DNA from: an uncultured Gemmatimonadota bacterium
Lineage (GTDB): Bacteria > Blakebacterota > Blakebacteria > Blakebacterales > Blakebacteraceae
NCBI GenBank assembly: GCA_964576115.1
Contig: CAZNUA010000017.1
Coordinates: 1-64,000, forward strand
DNA: 64,000 nucleotides
Direction of reading: 5' to 3'
Each line of letters starts with the position of its first letter. Position 1 is the first letter of the stretch. Below the pieces are notes generated by a model that had not been told where the DNA came from, ran no database searches, and saw only the letters and a program-made list of their open reading frames with translations. Made by a program: the position numbers and the translations under genes. Of this stretch, positions 30,612 to 40,507 are shown piece after piece.

Positions 30612-32384
30612 TCAATCTCCCTCGTCTGCGGTCCGCTTCCGTTTCGCCGGACCGGCGTCGGATTCCTCGACCGGCAGCAGATCGAGCTGGCGGGCGATCC
30701 GGTCGGCCCGCACGACCTGCACTCTCAGGGTGTCGCCCAGCCGGTAGATGCGTCTCGAGCGCCGGCCCACCAGCCGGTATTTCTCTTCTTCGTACTCGTA
30801 GTAATCGTCGCCGAGGGCCGAGACGTGGATCAAGCCGTCGACCAGGAATTCCTGCAGCTGCACGAAGAGGCCGAAGTTGGTGACACCCGTGACGATCCCT
30901 TCATACTCCTCGCCGAGCTTGTCCTCCATGAAGGCGATCTGTTTCAGCTTGACCGATTCCCGCTCCACGTCCATGGCGATCCGTTCCCGCTCGCTGGCCT
31001 GTTCGGCGGTCTCGTCGAGCCAGGCCTCCAGATCGGACAGCTCGGCCCGCACCGGCGCCCGGTGGTGGTAGCGTTTGAGCAGGCGGTGCACGATGAGGTC
31101 GGGATAACGGCGGATCGGCGAGGTGAAGTGAGTGTAGGCCCGGCTGGCCAGGCCGAAGTGGCCGTCGTTGCGGGTGCAGTAGAGAGCCTGCTTCATGTGC
31201 CGGAGCATGGCGATATTGAGCAGTTGTTCGATCGGGCGACCCTCGATTTTCTGCAGCAGGGTGTTCAGTGCCCGCGACACGCTTCCCTGTCCTTTTCCGA
31301 TCGGATAGCCCATCGTCTTCGTGAAGTGGGCGAATTCCTCGAGTTGCAGGGGATCGGGTTCCTCGTGGACGCGGTAGATGAAGGGGAGCATCAGTCCGGC
31401 GGCATACCGGGCCACCGCCTCGTTGGCCAGGATCATGAATTCCTCGACCAGGCGGTGGCTGGCCAGGCGGGGTCGGGCCCGGAGCGAAATCGGCACGCCG
31501 TGCGAATCGAGTTCGACCAGCGGTTCGGGCAGATCGAAATCGATCGTTCCCCGTTCAACCCGTCTGCGGGCCAGGGCCTCGGCTATCGGGGCCATCGCCT
31601 GCAGGGCCCGGACCACAGAGTCATCGATTCCTGCTGAGGGATTCCCCTCGATGATCGCCTGGGCTTCTTCATAGCTGAGTCGGGCCCGGGAGCGGATGAT
31701 CGACTCCCTCAGCTCGCTTCCCACCGGACGCCCGTCGTGGTCCAGATCGATGAAGCAGGAGAAGGCGAGTTTCTCTTCGTCGGGACGCAGGCTGCAGGCT
31801 CCGGCCGACAGAGCTTCGGGGAGCATCGGGATGACCCGGTCGACCAGGTAGACGCTGGTGCCCCGGTGCCAGGCTTCGGCGTCCAGACGGCTTCCCTCGA
31901 CGACATAAAAGGAGACATCGGCGATGTGCACCCCGATCCGCCAGCCCGAGGGCCGGGATTCGATCGAGACGGCATCGTCGAAGTCCTTCGCATCGGCGGG
32001 ATCGATCGTGAAGATCGTTTCCGAACGCAGGTCGAGCCGTTCGTCCAGGTCCTGGTCGACGGGCCTGGCCGCCGCCTTACGGGCCTCGGCTTCGATCTCG
32101 TCCTCGAAGGAGAGCGGCAGACCCGCCTCCTCGGCGATCAGGGTGACCTCGGCTCTGGGATCTTCGGGTACGAGCCAGTTCTCTCCCTTTTCGGTCAGCG
32201 CATAACGGGCCCCTTTGAGACGCCGGATCCGTCCGGCGTCGAGCAGCTCGCGCAGAGCCGCCTTGAAGCGGGCGAACTGCCGCCGGCGCAGGGCGAGCAG
32301 GGTGAAGAGTTCCTGCTCGCGCAGGGGGTGGCCCGCTTCACCGAGCAGGCGGGCGATATCTTTTCCAATCGTGTTTTCAGGCAT
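30612..32384 (-). CDS. rnr: Ribonuclease R (apparently lacking cold-shock domains)
   Basis: N-terminal HTH, TIDPADAKDFDDA, HFTSPIRRYPD, C-terminal S1; start taken at MPENTIG. Confidence 0.9.
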   Translation of the reverse strand: MPENTIGKDIARLLGEAGHPLREQELFTLLALRRRQFARFKAALRELLDAGRIRRLKGARYALTEKGENWLVPEDPRAEVTLIAEEAGLPLSFEDEIEAEARKAAARPVDQDLDERLDLRSETIFTIDPADAKDFDDAVSIESRPSGWRIGVHIADVSFYVVEGSRLDAEAWHRGTSVYLVDRVIPMLPEALSAGACSLRPDEEKLAFSCFIDLDHDGRPVGSELRESIIRSRARLSYEEAQAIIEGNPSAGIDDSVVRALQAMAPIAEALARRRVERGTIDFDLPEPLVELDSHGVPISLRARPRLASHRLVEEFMILANEAVARYAAGLMLPFIYRVHEEPDPLQLEEFAHFTKTMGYPIGKGQGSVSRALNTLLQKIEGRPIEQLLNIAMLRHMKQALYCTRNDGHFGLASRAYTHFTSPIRRYPDLIVHRLLKRYHHRAPVRAELSDLEAWLDETAEQASERERIAMDVERESVKLKQIAFMEDKLGEEYEGIVTGVTNFGLFVQLQEFLVDGLIHVSALGDDYYEYEEEKYRLVGRRSRRIYRLGDTLRVQVVRADRIARQLDLLPVEESDAGPAKRKRTADEGD

Positions 32385-32441
32385 ACTCCCAAGATAGGGC
32401 TTCATCCGACCCGCGGGAGTCCGAATACCGTCCGGGGGGTG

Positions 32442-32470
32442 TTGCAGTCGGTTCGGGGTCACGGTACGAT
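32442..32470 (+). promoter_or_regulatory. Putative sigma70 promoter for the M24 peptidase and transporter genes
   Basis: TTGCAG-17 nt-TACGAT. Confidence 0.5.
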
Positions 32471-32512
32471 CATCTCCCGTTTCCCCGTACCGTGCCGAGA
32501 GGACATGATGCG

Positions 32513-33880
32513 ATGATCACTGCCTGTCGCCGCTTTATCGCCCCCACCCTGCCGCTTCTGCTCCTCGCCTGTATGCCGCTGACGGCGCCGGCTCAAACCG
32601 GTTTCGCCGGCGCCACCGGCGGGCGCACCGAACTGCCCAAAGTACTCCCCCTGCGCCAGCGCGACGCCGTCATCGACCGCTGGCTGCGCATCCGCCTCGA
32701 GACCGTTCTGCCCGAGATCATGCGGCGTGAAGGCTTCGACATGTGGATCGTCGACAACCGCGAGTACAACGAGGATCCGGTCTTCTTCACTCTCATGCCG
32801 GGGGTGACCACCGCGGCGCGCCGGCGCACCATCCTGGTTTTTTACGATCCCGGGCCGGGCCGGCCCGTGGAGCGCTTGGCGGTCAGCCGTTACGGGATCG
32901 GGGAGTGGTATCGGGGAATGTGGGATCCCGAAGCAGAACCCGATCAGTACCGGGCCCTGGCCCGGATCATCGAAGAGCGCGATCCTGACCGGATCGGGAT
33001 AAATGTCTCCGACACCTTCGCCTTCGGGGACGGCCTGAGCGCCTCGAGCCGGGAGAACCTCGAACGGGTGCTGCCGGCCCGCTACCGCTCCCGCCTGGCC
33101 GGGGCCGAGCGACTGGCGGTCGGCTGGCTCGAACGCCGCCTGCCCGAGGAGATCGACGCCTACGACGGGATCAGCCGCATCGCCCACGATATCATCGCCC
33201 GCGCCTTCTCGGGCGAGGTCGTCCATCCCGGGGTCACCCGGGCCGAGGATGTGGTCTGGTTCTTCCGTCAGGCTTTTGCCGACCTCGACCTGGGCTACTG
33301 GTTCCAGCCCTCGGTCGACATCATCCGCCGGGGCGGTCTCGATCCCGCCGATCCCGACGCCGATATCATCCGGCCCGGCGATGTACTGCACTGCGATATC
33401 GGGCTCGTCTACCTGGGGCTGTGTACCGATACCCAGCAGGTGGCCTACGTTCTGCGGCCCGGCGAGAGTGAGCCCCCCGCCGGTCTGCAGGCCGCTCTGG
33501 CCAACGCCAACCGGGTTCAGGATCTCTTCATGAACGAGTTCGCGGCTCACCGGACCGGAAACGAGATCCTGGCCGCGGCTCTGGCGGCCTGCCGGGCCGA
33601 AGGGCTCGAAATATCTATCTACACCCACCCGGTCGGCTACCACGGCCACGCCGCCGGGCCCACGATCGGGCTGTGGGACCGCCAGGAGGGTGTCCCCGGC
33701 AAGGGTGACTACCCCCTCTTCGACGATACCGCCTATGCCATCGAACTGAATTGCCGTACCGCGGTTCCCGAATGGGATGGCCAGATGGTCACCATAGGGT
33801 TGGAGCAGAAGGGGATCTTCACCGGCGGACAGTGCCGTTTCTCCGACCGCCGGCAGACAGCCTTCCACCTGATCTGGTAG
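32513..33880 (+). CDS. Exported M24 family (Xaa-Pro) aminopeptidase
   Basis: Signal peptide; GDVLHCD..TDTQ, HPVGYHGH, AIE and LEQ metal ligands. Confidence 0.87.
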   Translation: MITACRRFIAPTLPLLLLACMPLTAPAQTGFAGATGGRTELPKVLPLRQRDAVIDRWLRIRLETVLPEIMRREGFDMWIVDNREYNEDPVFFTLMPGVTTAARRRTILVFYDPGPGRPVERLAVSRYGIGEWYRGMWDPEAEPDQYRALARIIEERDPDRIGINVSDTFAFGDGLSASSRENLERVLPARYRSRLAGAERLAVGWLERRLPEEIDAYDGISRIAHDIIARAFSGEVVHPGVTRAEDVVWFFRQAFADLDLGYWFQPSVDIIRRGGLDPADPDADIIRPGDVLHCDIGLVYLGLCTDTQQVAYVLRPGESEPPAGLQAALANANRVQDLFMNEFAAHRTGNEILAAALAACRAEGLEISIYTHPVGYHGHAAGPTIGLWDRQEGVPGKGDYPLFDDTAYAIELNCRTAVPEWDGQMVTIGLEQKGIFTGGQCRFSDRRQTAFHLIW

Positions 33881-33893
33881 ACCGGTCCGGGAG

Positions 33894-36092
33894 ATGCCCC
33901 AGAAAAACGACGGCACCCCGCGCGGTCGCTTCGGGACTTTCGGGGGGGTCTTCACCCCCTCGGTCCTGACTATTCTCGGGGTCATCATGTACCTGCGCCT
34001 GGGGTGGGTCCTCGGCTCGGTGGGGCTGCCAGCCACCCTGCTGATCGTGACCCTGGCGAGTACCATCACCTTCCTGACCGGGCTCTCGATCTCGGCCATC
34101 GCCACCGACCAGCACGTCAAGATCGGCGGCGCCTACTACATGATCAGCCGCTCGCTGGGCATCGAACCGGGGGGCGCCATCGGGGTGCCCCTCTATTTCG
34201 CCCAGGCCCTTTCGGTGGCCCTCTATACGGTCGGTTTCGCCGAGAGCGTGGTCCGCACCTTCCCCGCCCTGAACGAGAAGGCGGTCGCGGTCGTGACCGC
34301 TCTGGCGGTGGCCGCGGTGGCTCTGCGTTCGGCCCGGACGGCGATCCGGGTGCAGTACGTGATCATGGCCGCGATCGGACTCAGCCTGCTCTCTTTCTTC
34401 TTCGGCCGGGCCGTCGAGCCCTTTGATCCGACCCTGCTCGAGTGGCGTCCGGGGGGGCAGTTCTGGCCTGTCTTCGCGGTCTTCTTCCCCGCCGTAACCG
34501 GGATCATGGCCGGGGTGAACATGTCAGGCGATCTCAAGGACCCGGCCCGCGCCCTGCCGCGGGGAACCCTGCTGGCGATCGGAACCGGGTATGTGATGTA
34601 CATGGTCATACCGGTCTTCCTCGCTCTGCGGGCCGGTTCGGCCAGTCTTGTCGGCGACAGCCTCGTCATGCGCCGGATCGCGCTGTGGGACAACGCCATC
34701 CTGCTGGGGGTGTGGGGGGCCACCCTATCGAGTGCGGTCGGCAGCATCCTCGGCGCCCCGCGCGTGCTTCAGGCCCTCTCGCGCGACGCGGTACTGCCGA
34801 AACGCTGGCGCTGGCTCGGCCGGGGGAGCGGACCGGACGACGAACCGCGTCTGGGTACCCTCCTGACCCTGGGGGTGGCGCTCGTCGCCATCCTGCTCGG
34901 GAATCTGAACCTGATCGCTCCCATCCTGACGATGTTCTTCCTGACCACCTACGCGGTGCTCAACATCACCGCCGGGACCGAAACCCTGCTCGGTAATCCC
35001 TCCTACCGCCCCACCTTCCGGGTTCACTGGATCTGGTCTTTTCTGGGCGCGCTGGGCTGTCTGGTGGTCATGTTCCTCATCAACGCCCTGGCCGCCGGGG
35101 TAGCTGCGCTGGCCGTCATCGCCATCTTTCTCTGGCTCGAGCGGCGCGAGCTGACGACCACCTGGGGGAGCGTGCAGGGCGGGCTGTGGGCCGCCCTGGC
35201 CCGCACCGGCCTGATGCGGATGACCACCGCCTCGGACCCGAAAAACTGGCGTCCGCACCTCTTCGTGCTTTCCGGGGCTCCGACGAAGCGCTGGCACCTC
35301 ATCGACCTGGCCTCCGCCCTTACCCACAACCGCGCCCTGCTGACCGTGGCCACCGTGCTGGGCGAGGAGGCCGCCGATCGGGATCGGGTGGCTTCGATGG
35401 AGGAAACGATCGCCGAGTACCTCGAGCGCCAGGGCGTGCGGGGTCTGGTGCGGGTCACGACCGCGGCCGATCCGTTCATCGGCGCGTTGCGCCTGATCGA
35501 GACATACGGGTTGGGGGCCCTGGTGCCCAACACCATCATCCTCGGAGCCAGCGAGCGGCCGGAGGTCTGCGGCACCTACTGCGGCATGATCGAGGCCCTG
35601 CACGATGCCCGCCGCAACGTGCTGGTGGTGCACCACAACCCGGAACGCGGTTTCGGTGAACGCCGGACGATCGATGTCTGGTGGCGGGGCCTGCGCCGCA
35701 ACGGCGGATTGATGATGGTGCTGGCCTACCTGCTGAGTTCGAGCGTCTCCTGGCGCGGGGCCGACGTGCGTCTGAAGATGGTCCTGCCTTCCGACGCCGC
35801 TCTCGAAGGCACCCGGCGCAACCTGGTCGCTCTGGCCGAAGATCTGCGCATCGGAGCCTCACCCCACCTCATCCCGGCCCGCGGCCGGACTTTCGACGAG
35901 ATCCTGCGTTCCTCCTCGGCCGACGCCGATCTGGTCTTCCTCGGCATGGCCGATCCCGGCGAGGGTTTCACCGAGTATTACGAGTCGCTGGCCGAGCGGA
36001 TCGCCGGTCTGCCTTCGACGGTGTTCGTGCTGGCCTCCGAAGACCTCGCCTTCCGAGACGTGCTTCTGCAGACCGAGACCAGAGTCACCTGA
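33894..36092 (+). CDS. Cation-chloride cotransporter (SLC12/NKCC-like)
   Basis: FGTFGGVF..ILGVIMYLR, GGAYYMISRSLG, FFPAVTGIMAG, KNWRPH, IDVWW. Confidence 0.92.
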   Translation: MPQKNDGTPRGRFGTFGGVFTPSVLTILGVIMYLRLGWVLGSVGLPATLLIVTLASTITFLTGLSISAIATDQHVKIGGAYYMISRSLGIEPGGAIGVPLYFAQALSVALYTVGFAESVVRTFPALNEKAVAVVTALAVAAVALRSARTAIRVQYVIMAAIGLSLLSFFFGRAVEPFDPTLLEWRPGGQFWPVFAVFFPAVTGIMAGVNMSGDLKDPARALPRGTLLAIGTGYVMYMVIPVFLALRAGSASLVGDSLVMRRIALWDNAILLGVWGATLSSAVGSILGAPRVLQALSRDAVLPKRWRWLGRGSGPDDEPRLGTLLTLGVALVAILLGNLNLIAPILTMFFLTTYAVLNITAGTETLLGNPSYRPTFRVHWIWSFLGALGCLVVMFLINALAAGVAALAVIAIFLWLERRELTTTWGSVQGGLWAALARTGLMRMTTASDPKNWRPHLFVLSGAPTKRWHLIDLASALTHNRALLTVATVLGEEAADRDRVASMEETIAEYLERQGVRGLVRVTTAADPFIGALRLIETYGLGALVPNTIILGASERPEVCGTYCGMIEALHDARRNVLVVHHNPERGFGERRTIDVWWRGLRRNGGLMMVLAYLLSSSVSWRGADVRLKMVLPSDAALEGTRRNLVALAEDLRIGASPHLIPARGRTFDEILRSSSADADLVFLGMADPGEGFTEYYESLAERIAGLPSTVFVLASEDLAFRDVLLQTETRVT

Positions 36093-36124
36093 GAGGTTTC
36101 GGCCGGTTCCCGGTTGGCAAATGT

Positions 36125-36153
36125 TGGACACCCGCCCTCCCCGGCGGTACATT
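36125..36153 (+). promoter_or_regulatory. Putative sigma70 promoter for the S9 peptidase gene
   Basis: TGGACA-17 nt-TACATT; AGGAGA SD before ATG 36200. Confidence 0.55.
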
Positions 36154-36199
36154 CCTGCTTTCGAAAAATCGTTGCCAGCCCCGTGCAAGGAGACCCCCC

Positions 36200-39034
36200 A
36201 TGCGCTGCTCTCGCACTCCGGTATTGACCGCCTTCATCCTGCTGCTGGCCGGCTCGGTGTCGATCCAGGCTCAGGATAAGCCCACCCTGACCCCCGAGGA
36301 CTACGGTCAGTGGGAGTCCATTGGGCGAAATATCACCTTCTCGACCGAGGGCACCTGGGTCGCCTATTCGATCAGCCGGGTCAACGAGGAGAACGAACTG
36401 CACCTCTACAGTCTGGAGGCCGATACCACCCACGTGGTCAAATACGGTTCCCGTCCCGCTTTCTCTACAGATGGGAAATGGTGCGCCTATACCATCGGCT
36501 ACTCCAGCGAGGAGCGCGAGCGGCGCCAGGAGTCCCGCCAGCCGGTTCACAACAAACTCGGTCTCTTCGATCTCGAAACCGGTGAGGAAGCGATCATCGA
36601 GGACGTGGCCTCATTCGCTTTCCGGGACGACGGCGCCTGGCTGGTCATGCGTCGCTACGGCATCGAAGGTCGGGAAAGCGGCGGAGTCGATCTGGTGCTG
36701 CGGGAGATGGCCACCGGCCGCGACACCAACTTCGGCAACGTTTCCGATTTCGCCTGGCAGGACGAGGGCGATCTCCTCGCCCTCATCATCGATGCCGAGG
36801 GACAGGCCGGGAACGGGGTGCAGCTCTTCGATCCCGGCTCGGCCACCCTGCGTACCCTGATATCCTCGGAGACGGTCTACAAGGATCCGCACTGGCGGGA
36901 GGAGGCCGACGATCTGGCCGTCATGCGCGAGCGTGAGGACGAGGGCTTCGAAGATCCCACCCACGACCTGATCGTCTGGACCGGATTGAACACTCGCTCT
37001 CCCGGGATGAAGATCTTCGATCACAGTACCGTGCCCGCTTTCCCCGACAGCATGCGGATCGTCGATTACCGCAGTCTCTCCTTTTCCGAGGACGGCACAG
37101 AGGTCTTCTTCGGGATCAAGGCCTGGGAACCGAAGCCGGCCGAACCGGGGCGAGCCGAAGAGGACACCACCGGGGCCGAGCCCCGCACCGGACGACCCGA
37201 GGAGGGCGACGATCCCTCCAACGTCGAGGTCTGGCACGCCCGTGACACTTCGATCATGCCCGAGCAGAAACTACGGGCCAATTCCAACCGCGCCCGCAAC
37301 TACATATCGGTCTGGAATCTGGAATCGGACAGCTTCGTGCAGCTGGCCGATGAGGTGGTCGAGGATGTCTTCCCGATCGAGGGCACGAACCGGGCTTACG
37401 GGACCGATGCGACCCCTTATGAGCGCGAGGCGATGTTCGGTCCCAATCGCAACGATATCTGGGTGATCGATACGGTGACGGGGGAACGGACGCTGATCAA
37501 GGAGGGATTGCAGTACAGCTTCGGAGTCAGTCCCGGCGGTCGCTACCTGCTCTATCTGGAGAACGATCACTACTACACCTGCGACCTGGAGAGCGGGGCC
37601 CACGTCAACATCACTCAGGGCGTGCCGACCGACTTCATCGATCACGCCGACGATCACACCGTGGTCCAGAAACCCCCCTTCCGTTACGCCGGCTGGGCCG
37701 AGGACGACGAGGCGATCCTGATCTACGACGAATTCGACATCTGGGCGGTCGCTCCCGACGGTTCGGGTGCCGAACGGCTCACTTTCGGCGCCGAGGACAT
37801 GATCCGCCACCGCTACTACCGTCTCGACCGCGAGCAGGACTTCATCGCTCTCGATGAGCCGATGTACATGACCCTCGAAGGTGAGTGGAGTAAAAAGTAC
37901 GGCTATGCCGTGCGCGACCGGCGGGGTCGGGTCACGCCGCTCGTATTCGCCGACGAATCGATTGCCGGGCTGACCAGGGCCGAGGAGACCGATGTCTACG
38001 CCTACACCCGTCAGGACTTCGACGACTCCCCCGATCTCTTCGTCGGCGGGCCCGACCTGACCGATGCCCGGCAGATCACTAACACCAATCCCTTCCAGGC
38101 CGACTATGCCTGGGGGTATTCGGAGCTGGTCGATTTCGAGAACAGCGAGGGCCGGCCGCTGCAGGGGGCGCTCTTCTACCCGGCCGATTACGAGCCTGGA
38201 CGGCAGTACCCGATGATCGTCTACATCTACGAGATCACCAGCAACACGGTCCGCCGGTACTCGGTGCCTTCGGAGCGTAATTCCTACAACACCACCGTCT
38301 GGACCCAGCAGGGGTACTTCGTGCTGCAGTCCGATATCGTCTACCGCGACCGCAATCCCGGGCTCTCGGCCCTGGACTGCATCACCAGTGCGGTCGAGAC
38401 GGTGCTGGAGACGGGGATGATCGATCCCGAGCGGGTCGGACTGGTGGGCCATTCGTGGGGGGCCTACCAGACCGCCTTCGTGGTGACCCAGACCGATCTC
38501 TTCGCGGCCGGCGTGGCCGGGGCGCCGCTGACCGATCTGATCAGCATGTATCTCTCGATCTACTGGAATTCGGGGAGCACCGACGCCCGTATCTTCGAGA
38601 TCAGTCAGGCCCGCATGGAGGTACCCTTCTGGGAGGACATGCAGGCCTACATCGACAACTCCCCCCTGCACAGCATCACAAAACTCAACACCCCGCTGAT
38701 GATCGCTTTCGGGGACGAGGACGGGGCGGTCGACTGGGATCAGGGAATCGAGCTCTACAACGCCGCCCGCCGGGCCGGCAAGGACTTCGTCATGCTGGTC
38801 TACCCCGGCGAGAATCACAGCGTGCGTCAGGATGCCAACCGGATCGACTATCACTGGCGGGTACTGGAGTGGTTCAACCACTACCTCAAGGGTGACGAGG
38901 CTCCGGCCTGGATCACAGAAGGGGTGAACTTCCTGGACCGCCAGAAGCAACTCGAACGTTCCTCGTCGGGTGACGAGGGAGGCCGCGGTCGACCGGGCGG
39001 ACCCGGCCGCGGGCTCATTCCTCCGGCAGGGTGA
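36200..39034 (+). CDS. Exported S9 family (prolyl oligopeptidase-like) peptidase
   Basis: Signal peptide, propeller region, GHSWG nucleophile, DGAV and GENH triad residues. Confidence 0.92.
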   Translation: MRCSRTPVLTAFILLLAGSVSIQAQDKPTLTPEDYGQWESIGRNITFSTEGTWVAYSISRVNEENELHLYSLEADTTHVVKYGSRPAFSTDGKWCAYTIGYSSEERERRQESRQPVHNKLGLFDLETGEEAIIEDVASFAFRDDGAWLVMRRYGIEGRESGGVDLVLREMATGRDTNFGNVSDFAWQDEGDLLALIIDAEGQAGNGVQLFDPGSATLRTLISSETVYKDPHWREEADDLAVMREREDEGFEDPTHDLIVWTGLNTRSPGMKIFDHSTVPAFPDSMRIVDYRSLSFSEDGTEVFFGIKAWEPKPAEPGRAEEDTTGAEPRTGRPEEGDDPSNVEVWHARDTSIMPEQKLRANSNRARNYISVWNLESDSFVQLADEVVEDVFPIEGTNRAYGTDATPYEREAMFGPNRNDIWVIDTVTGERTLIKEGLQYSFGVSPGGRYLLYLENDHYYTCDLESGAHVNITQGVPTDFIDHADDHTVVQKPPFRYAGWAEDDEAILIYDEFDIWAVAPDGSGAERLTFGAEDMIRHRYYRLDREQDFIALDEPMYMTLEGEWSKKYGYAVRDRRGRVTPLVFADESIAGLTRAEETDVYAYTRQDFDDSPDLFVGGPDLTDARQITNTNPFQADYAWGYSELVDFENSEGRPLQGALFYPADYEPGRQYPMIVYIYEITSNTVRRYSVPSERNSYNTTVWTQQGYFVLQSDIVYRDRNPGLSALDCITSAVETVLETGMIDPERVGLVGHSWGAYQTAFVVTQTDLFAAGVAGAPLTDLISMYLSIYWNSGSTDARIFEISQARMEVPFWEDMQAYIDNSPLHSITKLNTPLMIAFGDEDGAVDWDQGIELYNAARRAGKDFVMLVYPGENHSVRQDANRIDYHWRVLEWFNHYLKGDEAPAWITEGVNFLDRQKQLERSSSGDEGGRGRPGGPGRGLIPPAG

Positions 39035-39524
39035 ATTCCCAGGCGCAGTACCATTCCTCGGGGTGGGGATCGGGGGGACAGCCGAGGCAGCGGGTCTGGA
39101 TCCGTTCGTCGATCGTGCGGGCGAAGCCCTCGTACTCGATCAGGCCGACCGGCTTGCAGGGGAAATCGGGCAGGCCCTTGCGCTTGCGGGCCGACTGCAC
39201 CCGGCAGTCGTTCATCCGGAAGACGAGCCGGTGCTCCTCCTGCTCGACGATTTCCTGGATATTGATCAGGGCGTAGAGCCGGTAGCCGAGAGCCTCGGCC
39301 AGGGCGGGTATTCCGCCCCCCGGTTCGATGCCGTGTCGTTTCATGATCCGTTTGGCTTCGATGACGGTGAAGCTCTTCCATGCTTCGGCATCGAGCTGTA
39401 TAGCCGTTTCCATGTCAAAGCGGTCTTCGGCCGCCAGAAACCAGAGGCCGTCGTGGGCCAGCCAGTTCAGGGCGGCGTCGTGCAGCATTCCTTCGAGTCG
39501 TGCGCGCTCAATTCCATCCAACAT
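39015..39524 (-). CDS. DUF6125-like protein
   Basis: WLAHDGLWF, CRVQSARKRKGL..PCK and CPPD..WYCAWEF motifs. Confidence 0.78.
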   Translation of the reverse strand: MLDGIERARLEGMLHDAALNWLAHDGLWFLAAEDRFDMETAIQLDAEAWKSFTVIEAKRIMKRHGIEPGGGIPALAEALGYRLYALINIQEIVEQEEHRLVFRMNDCRVQSARKRKGLPDFPCKPVGLIEYEGFARTIDERIQTRCLGCPPDPHPEEWYCAWEFTLPEE

Positions 39525-39658
39525 GCTCGTATCCCGTGCGTATGAAGTGAGTGATGGAACAATCAGGGTACCAGGTTGCTCTGACCTGCGTCAGGCGTCA
39601 TCATGCAAAAGGTAGCCGCCGGCCGACGGGCGGAGTCAACCGGAAAGGAGTTCGCAGT

Positions 39659-40507
39659 ATGAGAAAGAGACCTGTGCGAACCCGGTCCGTCGCGGCTGCC
39701 GTCCTGCTCGGATTACTCTTTTTCACGGCGGGTGCTGCGCTCTCGGCAGCCGACCCGTCCCGGCTTCAGGCGGACGATATGCTCCGGATAACGATCATCT
39801 ACGACAATTACGCCGCTCGTGAGGGGGTTCAGACCGACTGGGGCTTTGCGGCCCTGATCGAGTACGGCGGCGAGACCATCCTCTTCGACACCGGCACCCA
39901 GGGCTCGATTCTGCTGTCCAACGCCGCCGCCCTGGAAGTCGATCTGAGCCGGATCGACCGACTGGTTTTCAGCCACGAGCACCAAGATCATACAGGCGGC
40001 CAGGCGTCGTTCTACGCCGGCCTCGATGACGACGTGCGTCCGACGACCTGGGTCATCCCCTCCTTCCCCGAGGCCATCACAGATCTGGCCGCACGCCACG
40101 GCGACGTGGTCACATGTTCCGACTTCACCGAGATCATCCCCGGTGTCTGGTCGACCGGCGAGATCAGGGGACCGGTCAACGAGCAGGCTCTGGTCGTGCG
40201 TCTGGACCGGGGAATCGTGGTCATCACCGGCTGCGCCCATCCCGGTATCGCCCGGATCGTGGAGCTGGCTCGTGAACACTTCGGGGCCGATGTGCTGCAC
40301 GTCATCGGAGGCTTTCATCTCGGGGGCACTACTGACCGGCGGATCGAGAACATCATCGCCGACTTCCGTCGGCTCGGAGTTCGGCGCGTGACACCCACCC
40401 ACTGCACCGGGGACCGGGCCATCGAACTGTTCCGTGAGGCCTACGGCGAGGACTATCTGGCCGGGGGAATCGGCCGTGTCATCGAGATCGGCGGTTCTAC
40501 TCGATAA
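39659..40507 (+). CDS. MBL-fold metallohydrolase with signal peptide
   Basis: ILFDTG, SHEHQDHTGG, GCAHPG, GGFH, PTHCTG. Confidence 0.88.
   Translation: MRKRPVRTRSVAAAVLLGLLFFTAGAALSAADPSRLQADDMLRITIIYDNYAAREGVQTDWGFAALIEYGGETILFDTGTQGSILLSNAAALEVDLSRIDRLVFSHEHQDHTGGQASFYAGLDDDVRPTTWVIPSFPEAITDLAARHGDVVTCSDFTEIIPGVWSTGEIRGPVNEQALVVRLDRGIVVITGCAHPGIARIVELAREHFGADVLHVIGGFHLGGTTDRRIENIIADFRRLGVRRVTPTHCTGDRAIELFREAYGEDYLAGGIGRVIEIGGSTR

Noticed and set aside
35681-36199. N-terminal extensions in ORF track calls (also era, the nucleotidyltransferase, mutS, trpS, thiolase)
   Set aside because: They overlap neighbouring genes; downstream starts fit SD, promoter and domain boundaries better.
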